Part shown: positions 26,036 to 37,820 of the stretch, piece after piece
Layout of the letters: each line of letters opens with the position of its first letter
Position numbering within the stretch: the first letter of the stretch is position 1
Assembly: GCA_016748015.1 (NCBI GenBank)
Contig: JAAOMT010000786.1
Span: 193,903 to 257,902 of the forward strand
Length of the DNA stretch: 64,000 bases
Direction: 5' to 3'
Source: Geosiphon pyriformis uo1
Taxonomy: Eukaryota; Fungi; Glomeromycota
Notes under the pieces: model-generated
The model's database searches: none
What the model was told of the DNA's origin: nothing
The model's input: the letters and a program-made list of their open reading frames with translations, nothing else
Made by a program: the position numbers and the translations under genes

Positions 26036-28120
26036 ATACTTAAAAATAATAGAAAAAAAGACATAATAATTGTTTATCTAACCAATCAATTGAATTCAAG
26101 ATTAGAAACAAAGTATTGTTATATTATATTAAGATTAAAAAACAGTGGAATAGAAAATTTGATTCAAAATAGAATGAACTATTTTACATACACAAATAGA
26201 CAACAGAGCTTATAAATTACAATTAAAAAACAAAATTTTAAAGAAAATAACACATAAAAATTAGATAAAATTTATTATATTAACCAAAAGTTATTATTAT
26301 TTATATTTTAATTAGGAACACAAATTCTATTAATCAGACCAAAAATATTCTATGAGATTTGAAACCAATTATTATTATCAAAACATAATTAATGTGTAAC
26401 AAATTTAATTAAAAAATTAAGTATATATAAAAACTAAAACAGTAAAAAAAAGATGATAATACTCTCAATATGTATTTTTTAGATTAAATCCTAAAACTTT
26501 TAAAATAATTATTTAAAACAATTTAATAAAGCACAATATTAATAAAAATCACAATTAATAAAAAAAAAATACAATACAAAAATTCAAGCAAAAAAAAGAT
26601 AGGCAAAAGTTCAACTAAAACAAAGCATTTTTATTCCTATAAATAATCAAGAAAAAAAAAATACCTAATTATGCCTGCTTAATAAAATTAAAAAAGCTTT
26701 AAATAGACTAATTTTAAAACCAATAATGAAAAACTGGACACTAAAAATCTTTAAAGCATAGAAAAAAAGACTTTTACTAATATATTGGTTTTTTAAAATT
26801 GGTAAAAGACTTGATTTATAAACACCATACTTAGATACTAACAAATAAACATTTAACAAAAAAGCTTTAAAACAAGTAGAAAATTTTGTCAGGAAAAATA
26901 ATCTGATACTATTACAAGATAATATATCAACTGTATTTAATATTCAAATTTTGTTTAGCAATACTGTTGAACAATTTACTAAAGTTTATTATAGTTAACA
27001 ACATAAGATAAATAATAAATACATAATTTGAAAACCTATAAAAAACAATATTTAACACAACAATTAAACATTATATTAAAAAAACAATTTTCACAAATAT
27101 ATATGATTTTGCAGGAACTCAATTTTAAAAAGAAAAAATAATATTATTTAAGTAGAAAAACCAATCCAAAAAATATTGAAAAAACATAATTAAAAACGTA
27201 ATAATTTAAAAAAAACATAATAATATGAAATAATACAGAATAATATATAATAACTTAGAATAATATAAAATAATATACAATAATATAAAATAACACAAAA
27301 TAATTAACTATAATATAAGATAACTATTTATAGTGTAGAAAAACAAAGCAACAACAAAAATAGTAAGTAATAGCTAGTAATAACAAACAATTAAAAACAA
27401 TTTGATAAAACTAAAAATATGTATAAAAGTAAGTAGTTTTAGCAAAAAAAAAGTACAAACAGATAAAAAAAACCCAATATTTTTCTCATATTTCTTAAAT
27501 TTATCTTATCTAAATATTTATATTACTTTAAATAAAAAAAATATTTAAAACAAAAAATTATTTATATATAATCTATGAATTCTGTGTTTAAATTAAATTA
27601 ATTATTTTTTTACTTTTATTTCTAGCCAGATGCTCTTAGTATAATAATATCTTAAACAATAATAACTTAAACCAATTATTCTTAATCACAGTAATTAATG
27701 ATACTAATTTTTTTTGTTTTATTTTATTTTATTTTTATTATAAAGTAACAACATTGTAAAATTGACTATTTGGAAATAAACTTTATAATAGTCTGGTAAA
27801 AAAAAGAAGTTTTTTCTAAAATTAGATATTAATATTATTTTGCTAGCTTATTAGAAAGACAAAAAAATACTGTCAGACTCTAACAACTGTATTTAACTAG
27901 CTCAAAGAAAATAGCTTATCTATTTAAACAACAAACAGCCAAAAACATCTTTCTGTACTTTATAACCAAAAAACTCCACAGATAAAATTAGTAAAAATCT
28001 TTAGAGATTAATATTATTAACTCATTTTAAATGTCTAAAATAAAAACTTTCAAGCTTCTTATATCTAAAACTTAGAATACCAAATATTACTATTATACTC
28101 TACCAAATTTATTTATAATA
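26036..28120 (+). mobile_element. Heavily decayed Gypsy element E, 3' part (integrase C-terminus, ORF3, PPT, 3' LTR 27142-28120)
   Basis: Decayed EFKIxxKVLL...KQWNxKFDxKxxxxFYI. ORF3 remnant YWFFKIGKRL...DFAGTQF*. The LTR is colinear with the solo LTR at 43998-44908. Confidence 0.82.
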
Positions 28121-29070
28121 TTACTTATCTAATTTTGGTTGTTATTTCCAATTTGCTCTAGTTATATTTGGTTTACAGAATAATTTAAATGCTGCTATTA
28201 TTAAAACTAATATTTTAAAAAAGTATTACATCTAATAAAAAACTTTTAGATACTAATACTGTTTTAAATACTAAGACTTAAATTATTTGGCTGTTAATTA
28301 TAAGATGTTTTTATTTCTTCTTCTTAAGACTTTTAAGACTTTTGTGTCTTATTTTATTAATGTCAAGTTTTATGTTAAAATTGTTGTTTCTGTATTATTT
28401 TTAGTTTCTAGTTTTTTAATTAGTTCTGCATTTTCTGCTAATATAATGGCTGATAACTCTATGATTTTTTTAGTTAGCCTTTTTAAAATCTGATTTGGTC
28501 AAGCTTTTTGTATTGATTGAATTTATTATTAAGCTAATTAATTTTCTAATTGTTGTGTTTAAATAGTTTGTTAATAAAAATTTGGTTTCTAATAGTGTAT
28601 TTAGTCTTAAAGTTAATAAAATTTTGATGTATATAAGTATCTTTAGCAAAATAGTTGATAAGTTAAAGTAAAAAATAGTTGTTTTAAAAACTAAATATAA
28701 TTATAAAAAAATTAATATGTTTAATGTTTATATAAATTTGTTTGTAGTTAATGATAATATGTTTTCTAACTTGATATAACTATAAGAATATAAGCCTATT
28801 AGTATTAATATTAATGTTTTAAAGACAGTTAAGTAACTGGTTAAATTAATTAATAATAGTACTATATTGTTTAAAATTGGTTAAAGAATGTTTTTTTTAA
28901 GTAAGTTTTTTTCTAAAATATTAATACAGTACAATATAAATTGGTTTAAATAGCTAATTATATGTAAAAAGCACATAAATTACATTTAATATTAAAATAT
29001 TTAGTTTTTTTTAATTTTTAAATAATATTTAGATCATACTTATTAAAAAAAACCAGTTTATTGGAAATTT
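28121..29070 (-). pseudogene. Possible highly decayed gag relic
   Basis: The minus strand near 28400-28500 reads NQILKRLTKKIIELSAIILAENAE, resembling the 'NQFIxGL' gag motif of B and G. Weak evidence. Confidence 0.3.
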
Positions 29071-29600
29071 TTTTTATTTAATTAATATGTAAAATTTAAT
29101 TACTATCTAATATATAATATTAAATATTTTAAACTAAATATAATTTATGTATTTTTTATATATAAATAATTATTTAATATTTATTTAACAATAATATTAT
29201 TATTTATACAAAAAAAAATATTATAAACACAAACCAAAAACTTATATTACAAATTTTATTAATACTAAACAATTTAAGTTAATAAACAAAATATTTAACA
29301 AACTATTAATTAAAAACAATATAAAGTTATTTAATTTTATAATTTGTAATTAGATTTTATACAAATTTAACTAGTTTTAATTTAACCAATTTAGTATTAA
29401 CAAAAATAATTATAACTTTATAATATAAATTTTTAAAAATAATTTTTTTTTAAAAATAAAATACAAATTATTATTATTTAATTATAATAAAAAAATATAT
29501 AATATTAAAGATATTAAAAAATATGTTTCAATTAAAAAATTTTAATAAGTAATAAAAAATTTTAAAATTTTATTTTAAATATTTTATTAAATATATATAT

Positions 29601-30687
29601 TGTTATTAGAGGTTTTTGGTCTCTTTTTTTTAAATGTTACTAATATCTGTTTGTTATGAATTCACCTTTTCTAAAAGCTAGTAAACCTCTGATAACTAAA
29701 TTTATCTTTAAATTATCTTTTATAATTTGAACTACTGAACTTATAAGTAGAATAGCCAATTCTATGCCAGTTATTTTGTATAATTATGTTGTAGTAAATG
29801 TCAACTTTTTCTTAGAAATTGCTTATCTGGAAGCTTATTAAATGTGTAGTTACTTTGTTGTAAAAGTCAACTCTTCTTTAGGAATCTTATTTGTAAGCTA
29901 TTTTAATAATAATATTAAGAAAAGTAAAAAAAATAAAAATGTAAAGAAAATAGAATTTCATTTTAAGAGAATTATTTTTTGGTCTAGGTCTGGAATAACT
30001 AATAGTTTATTGAAATTGGTAACTAATCAATTTTAAAATATTAGTTGTATTAAGAAAATTTTAAGCATAATAATTAAGAATTTATATAATTAAAAGTTTG
30101 ATTTTTATTTGATTTGTAAAGATAATTCTAAGGAAAATAAATTTAAAGTAAGATATCTATGATAAGATACATTTTATCAAAAAGAGAAGCTCTTTTTTTA
30201 TACAACTTGTTGTAGTACTAGTCTTTGAACTTACACTTTTTTTTTTGTTATTGTTTTGATAAACTAAAGATACATTTTAATAAACTACAAATTGTTTCTG
30301 CAAACTATTAATTATTTTAGTGAACTATTAATTATTTTAGCAAATTTTTAAATGTTTAAATAATTCAGAATATTGTGTAATTTAATTATTTTTATTTTTA
30401 TAGTACAAATTGAATTATTAATTAAATGATAATATTTAATAATTTAATTAAATAATAAGTAATAATTGAAACAATAATAATATATGCTAATTAATGATAG
30501 AAATTATAAGAGTAATTTTATGTTAATTAATAGCTAAAATTTTACTAATAACATAATTTTTTCCTCAAAACTAAGCTCTATCAAAGTTCAAGTACTATCT
30601 GTAATATTGAGATAGTGATCTAAAATAATCATAGTGATTTGGTTTGAAAATTGTTGAAATTTCAGTTCTGTAAATTTGCCAATATAT
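29601..30687 (-). mobile_element. Gypsy element A2 (family A/H): 3' LTR 29601-30553, PPT, ORF3 C-terminus; interrupted by F
   Basis: Colinear with 58099-59172 but more decayed. Homology stops at 30687, where the F LTR terminus begins. Confidence 0.9.
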
Positions 30688-30716
30688 TATTATGAATTAG
30701 AGTAACAAACTAACAG

Positions 30717-31493
30717 TGTTACTCATAAAAAAGAAAACAGATATAGAAAAATAGTAGACCAATAAAAGAGTAGTAGTTAGCACATAAGCACATTGCTCAG
30801 CAATGTGAGCATTGCTTAAGAAATTATAGCACATTGCTCGAAAATATAAGCAATCTCATAGAACCCAAATTATGTATATATAGTGGTAGCATTAGAAGTA
30901 GAAAAGACAGATCTCTCAATTTAGATTTTATCTAAGCCACTTTCTAATCCACAAATATCAATAAATAATTATTCTCTATTTCCAATCTACTTTCTACTAT
31001 CAACACTTCATGTTGATAGTTATTAACACTTAACTACTCTGGAACAATAGCTCTTGATCATGACTATTAATGAAATACTAATTTGTACATTGCCTTGGCT
31101 CATTTTTTTATTTTTTTTTATTTTTTATTTTCTTTGATTTTATTGTTGTATACTAATTGATTAGGGATTAAAGTACTGAGTTATTGATATTACAGATAGC
31201 CTGGTAAAAAACCCAGAAATAAGGGTAGAATCATATATATATATTAACAGATAGCTTACTAGAAGGGCACGACTGCCAAAATAAACTGGCCACTATGCTA
31301 AAGACAGAAATTGGGAAAACAACTCACCAACCAACTATATTGTTATTGAATCTCTGTTCATTATACAAAGAACTCAATTTTAAAAACCTTTAGATACACT
31401 CCATATACCAGTATTACCAGTATTATCAAAATATTGAGCACCAAGTTATGAATTTGTTATTTGATTTGAGACCCCAAATAATCATCTGTAACA
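30717..31493 (+). repeat. 5' LTR of B
   Basis: Direct repeat of 39908-40722; TATATATAG at about 30875. Confidence 0.96.
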
Positions 31494-31495
31494 TT

Positions 31496-31512
31496 TGGTG
31501 CTTTCTGTGAGG
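31496..31512 (+). promoter_or_regulatory. Primer-binding site of B
   Basis: TGGTGCTTTCTGTGAGG, 2 nt after the LTR. Confidence 0.9.
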
Positions 31513-31555
31513 TATAATTCTACAGAGAATCAGCACCAACAACAATTATCCAAAA

Positions 31556-34500
31556 GTGGCAGAATCAGAAAACATAGGAGCAAACCATTTAGAATTTGCT
31601 AAATTTTTGTTTCAACAGTACAGCCAACAATTAGGACTAAACAATAACCACTTCTCAACAGAATCTGCCTTTAACTTCTATGTCAATGATAAAATTATAG
31701 ACTGTTTAGGAAGAACAGTTAACATTGAATCTGCAAGAAAAAATTTCTATACAGAATTATTTTAATATATCAGCTTACCAAGAAACTACAGTTTCATACC
31801 AATCATCAGGAAAATCAATCAAACCATTGAAAGATACATACAACAACAATTCCTTATTACCTATGCAGACAAAGGCAAAAGAAGGTTGCAAACACCAGTA
31901 GTAATACCAAAACAAATATAACCACTTACTTAGAAGAAAACCAAAGTTGAATCACCAACCAATTTATCATATCATTATATACCAGGAAGCACCATCAACA
32001 TTTTATCAACAGACATGTCCACATCATACATGATATTAACATTTGGCCAACTCTCATTTCAAAGTAAACAAAAGAAAGCAGAGTTACTAGAAACTTATGG
32101 CGACTACTTTGAAAAATTTAAATCATGATCCCCAATGCCATTAGGATTTTGATCACCACCACTTCAACCAGATTTCAAAAATGCAAGTCCCTGGGAGATA
32201 ACAGAATCAGAAGAAGAGGAAGAAGAAGAAGCTAAAGATCAAAAATTTACTTATCAGAACCCAATCTTAAAAAATTTGGAAGTTGAAACTCCGAACATTA
32301 AAACTCAGCAAACTCCAAATAATCTAAACTCCAAGTTAATTAATCAGTGAAACTTATCTTCAGTAATTGTTATCAACCAGCCACCAATTGGACTAATACT
32401 TGAACCAATCTCATAGTCATTCCTTTAGCAACCTATTCAACTACTGCTTCAACAACTCCAACAGCCACTTCAACAACCACAACAATAACTACAACCACAA
32501 CAACAACAACAGCTGAACTTAAATCCAATAACCTATGCTCCAATAGCAAAACTAGAGAAGTTCACTGGTAAAGAAGACAATGCCCAAATATGGCTCAATG
32601 ACATTGAAAAGACTATCATAGCCAATGGATGAAATGATGCGAGAGCCCTCCAAGCCATCCCTTATTTTCTTTAGGACACTGCTGACTTATGGTATCAAAG
32701 CCTAGCCAACAAACTCCAGGATTTCAATGCATTCAAGCATGCATTCCTACAATATTTTAGTAATAATAATAGCATAAACCAATTGGCAAACACTTTCACT
32801 ACCATCAAGCAAGGAGAAACTGAAGCAGTCACTACTTACTTAGGATGCTTCCATAAGAATTTACACCAGATCCAAGTTATCGACACCAATTATTTCATAG
32901 TGGCCCAGATCCTAAATCAGTTTATTTATGGATTACACAGTAGCATCCTGCAATACATACGTCCAATGCATCTCATTAATCTGCAAGCAGCCATTACAAA
33001 CACCAGAGATTTTAAAGCCATTGAATTAGAAGCCAACCATGCTCAAACAGTAAATCTAGTAATGAACAGATCATCTGACTTGGATTTTAAATTGAAGCAA
33101 TTCAGCAACTCAATAAATCAGAAATTAGAGGGATACTTAGCTGACAATTGCGCAATCTATTAATCTCCACAACAACACAATAATCAAGGAAATGCAAATT
33201 GTTTCCAAAATCAATTGCATTCATTATTGTCAACCAATCAACAGTGGCAACAAAAAATGTGTGTTTGCCACTATTGTAGTAAACAAAGACACCTACAAAT
33301 TAACTGCTGCTATCACTTAAATAACCAATAATCAGAAAATCAATATCAAAACTCCAATCACCAGTTTCAAATTCTGAATAACCCACCAAACTTGGAGTCA
33401 TATCATCAGAATTACCTATCTATAACGTAGCAGCCACTTTATTAACCAATATATCAAGCAACAATTCATCAACCAATGACACTAGCAATTTATCAGCTGC
33501 AGTCACAACCTATTTATCAGCCATAGTCTTAGGTAATCTATTAGCTCCAACAAATTCAAACACTGCCACAAAACTTACCTCAAAATGGAACCCAAAGGCT
33601 AAGATTGACTCAACAAAGCTGGAGATTGTCAATAATAGTTTACCAACCAATCCCCAGTTCTTTTACACAACCAGTAGGATCTTGACAATGGAATTTGGGC
33701 ACTGAGTATGCCCAAAACCCAAATTCTCAGAACTATTTAAGTCTCCTGATTACCTCAGAAGACACCCAATCTAATAATCTGAAAACCAACCAACAAACAA
33801 CACTTACTAGCAATATTCTCTCAACTATTATCATTAAGAATGAATCACTAGATATCATCTTCCCATTTGAACTTGAAGAACTGTTGACCATGCTGTTATT
33901 TAGTGAAGCCGCTCTGAAAGAAAAACCTATTACTGTCATATACACTGATGCCAAAGTTGATGGCCACTCCATCAAACTAATCCTAGACAGTGGATCAGCT
34001 GACAGCATCATCACAAGACAACTCATGGACCAATTAGGTCACCAAGTTGACTGCACTGCCAGTGCGAAGATTATAACTGCCAATGGAGTAACTAAAACTC
34101 CCATTGGTGAGATTGACAACTTCTCTATTGAAGTCAACAATATCATTGTTTCAATTAAAGTACTGGTTATGGAAGCCACCCAATACCAAGCACTCATTGG
34201 TAATAATTGGCTATCTAAAACCCATGCATTGCTTGATTGGAATATGCAGGAGCTTCAAATTAGCCAAAATGGCCAACACACATGTGTACCAGCCATGTGT
34301 GGCCATTTCAAGACCACCAAATCAACAATACCACTCATTAAGTTCAAGAAAAAAGAAAAAAAACCTATCTGGGAAGCCTATCAAGTATCATGGGCTGAAA
34401 AAAACCACAACAAGTTATTACCAATACTCTCCTAAGACGATAACAGAAAAAGAAAACAAAAAGAAGAACTTACCTAGAACACTGACCAAAACTGGAAAAC

Positions 34501-37500
34501 TAACAATGACTCAAATGAACTACCAACCTAGGAATGGAAAAAAACCGACAAAGGAAAAAAAAAAAAAAAAGGAAAAAGATATAACTAAAGGAACCACCAT
34601 TACAAAAGAAATAACTAGTGGCTGGGAAAAAAAATACTCACGGAAACTGATTAAAGAGCCACCATATATACCTCTTAAATGCAAGGACTGTAGAAAAAAA
34701 CTTTCTTTCATGGGAGCTTGGGTTATGCCAGACAAAGATTACTGGATGCGAACTCACTATTATTGCAAGCTTTGCCACTGCAAACACTATGGCTATCCAA
34801 AAAAACAAGGCAAGTAAAACAACAAACCATGTCTCGCATGTGGCAAACAACTACTGGACGAAGAAATGTGGAATGACATTCCTAGACAAAGAGGAATGTG
34901 TAACACCTCATGTTAATACACAATTCTCATCAGTAATTGGATGAGTCATGATATGCCAATAACTGCCATCTGGCACCATGCAATATTTTGCTTGGACAGT
35001 TACCCACATGATGAAGACAAGATCTGGCAGATGACAAACACCAAAGTAGCAGGTGCCACACCTAGTGAAATATTGAAAATCAAGAACAACCCTCTGGAGC
35101 CAGTTAACATTGTTCTGATTCCTAATCCAGACACTTTCCTGGATCTAAAAGCAGGCCCAAAAGAATTCTATGAGCATTACCAAAATTTGGCACTAACAAA
35201 AGAGGAACAAGAGCAGTGGTTAGCCCAAATAAACACCCAACTATGTAACTATTGTTTGATCCCATATGACTTTTAATATTGTAATAAGTGTGATCTCATT
35301 TAAAATCCACCACCACACATAATCTACATAATTCCAGAGGAGGAACCAATCAGCAGCTGCACATCAAAATCAGAATCAACTTTTAATCCTGATTCAAACT
35401 CTAACAACAATGATAATAAAAATAATAGTTCCAGTTCCACTCAATATGGCAACAAATATAACAATGATTTGGACTCTAATTCAAATCCTGAAACATACAT
35501 CACACTCCCTAATCTCACCAAAGAACAAGAACTCAAATAGTTCAGCGATAATAATGAAGGTATTATGCCAAAATGCATGCATGATACTGATGCAGAGTTT
35601 GATCTAAGATATCCAGAGAAATATTCCATCAAATTGGAACCACATTCATGTACTTGTATTGATTTGAAAATAGCACTGGAAATTTCAGCAATGACAATGG
35701 TTCAACTAGCATTTAGGAGTAGTTTAGCGAAAAAAGGGATCAACATCAGAAGAAGAATAATTGATGCAGAATATGTAGGAAATATTATTGCTATGCTACA
35801 AAATGACTCAGAAAAAACATACATTATAGATCCAAATGAAAAGATAGCACAGGCAATTTTCCTATTTCTGGTAAAAATAGCTCAGCTAGTGTCAGTAAGA
35901 AACAAAGAAGAATTAGAAATCACAGTTAGAAAAATACAGGAGTTTAGATCAATAGGTAAAATAGATGTATCAGTTAATATAGCAGAGGAAAAAATTGTTA
36001 ACAAAAGAGAAATTATCTCCACCTGTCAATCAATTTCTATTCCACCATATGACCAATACATGATAGTTATAGAAAGGAAAGTAAAAAATCAGATGCAGAT
36101 TTTTAAGACAGAAGCAACACTGTGTAAATCAGGAAAGATTGGACTTACCAATCTTTACATACCAGCCAAGAATCATAATCACATCAAAATTCTCATCTAC
36201 AACAACACAAGAAATATTGTAGAGATACTAGAAGAAACTATCATCAGTTATTTAACCACCAAAATTGAAGACCAATGGCCAGACACTATTCCAGATTTTC
36301 CACAACTATGCAGATATGTGAATATTACATCACAAACCATATACAGATGAAAAGAATGTTATCTGCTTCAACAAAAACAGTTGGAACAGATAAACATGGA
36401 GAACTTAAACCCACTACAATGTATGCAACTTAAGATGTTACTCAACAATTTTAATAACATTTTTGCCAGCAAAAACAAATTTGGCAGAACTAACATAATC
36501 CAATATCAAATCAAGATCAGAGATGCAATGCCAATCAAACAACAAGTATACAGAGTACCACCAGCCAGTCATGAAATCATTTGTCAAGAAATTAACCAGA
36601 TGCTTGACAATGGGTTAATTCAACCATCAATGAGTCCATGGTTATCACCAGTGGTATTAGTCCATAAGAAGAATGAAAAAATCCGTTTTTGTGTAGACTA
36701 CCGAAAACTGAATAGAGTAACTAAAGGTGATAACTATCCAACACTAAAGATCCAAAAATTATTCGATGCTTTTGGCAGAAAAAAATGGTTCTCTATATTA
36801 GATTTAGACAGTGATTACTGGCAAGTAGCCATAAAGCCAGAAGATAAAAAGAAAACAGCTTTCACAACATAAGAAGAGAATTTTGAATTTGAAGTTATGC
36901 CATTTGGCTTAATGAATGCACCAGCAATATTCCAATGGCTTATAAAAATTGTTTATACTGGACTACTGTAGAAATCAGTAGTTGTTTACTTAGACAACAC
37001 CAATATGTTCTCAAAAACATTTGATGATTATCTATATCATCTCTAACAAGTGTTCAAAAGACTAAGAAGAGCTGGATTAAAGCTAAATGCAACCAAATGT
37101 TTCTTTGGAAAAACTGAACTTAAGTTTTTGGGACATGTTGTAAGCAAAAATGGAATCAAAACAGATTCAGACAAAATTAAAACTGTCAAGAACTTTCCAG
37201 TACCAAATAATCTTACAGAATTGAGAGCATTCTTAAGATTTGCTGGATACTACCACCATTTCATTAAAGACTTTTTCAAAATAGCTCAATCACTATACCA
37301 GCTCTAAACAAAGAACACTAAATATGAATGGACAGAAACCCAACAAAAAGCTTTTGATACATTAAGAAGAAAGCTTATTCAAGCCCTAGTACTGATCTAT
37401 CCAGATCATAGCAAGCCATTTATAATTACAACTAATGCATCTGGTCAAGCATTAGGAGCAGTACTATTACAAAAAGAACCAGATAGAAGAAAACATCCAG

Positions 37501-37790
37501 TAGCTTACACTAGTAGAAGCTTAAGTTCAGTGGAAAAAAACTATAGAACTCCAGCACTGAAACACTTAGCTATCTATTGGGCCATTATTAAATAGAAAAA
37601 ATACTTGAGTCAGAAGTTTAATGTATACACTGATCACAAAGGATTGACTTCAATCCAGAAGCAAGAATTTGGAGATGATTACCATGCCAGATGGAAAATA
37701 GAACTTTCACCATTCAATTATACAGTACATTATAAAAAAAGAAAAAACAATAGAAATGCTGACAGATTGTCGCGAATGAAACAAATCTAA
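31556..37790 (+). pseudogene. B gag-pro-(Cys-rich)-dUTPase-RT-RNase H
   Basis: Capsid KLEKFTGKED..WL, Q-rich tract at about 32430-32515, CHYC..H..C knuckle, protease LILDSGS, dUTPase motifs, RT SPVVLV/FCVDYR/YLDN, RNase H YTDHK...NADRLSR. Confidence 0.93.
35565..35960 (+). pseudogene. dUTPase domain of B pol
   Basis: The five trimeric dUTPase motifs in order: DAEFDL, RSSLA, IIDAEYVGNI, KIAQ, RKIQEFRSIG (decayed RGxxGFGSTG). Confidence 0.92.
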
Positions 37791-37820
37791 AAACATTTCA
37801 ACCCAAAAATATAACAAAAG

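Noticed and set aside
31085-31165. Intron in the LTR (T-rich tract + TACTAAT-TGATTAG)
   Set aside because: No conserved donor, and the acceptor AG is not kept across LTR copies; cannot be supported without transcripts.
31195-31230. TAGCCTGGTAAAAG as a tRNA A-box / tRNA gene
   Set aside because: No cloverleaf or B-box; G varies at these positions in a way consistent with a different stem.
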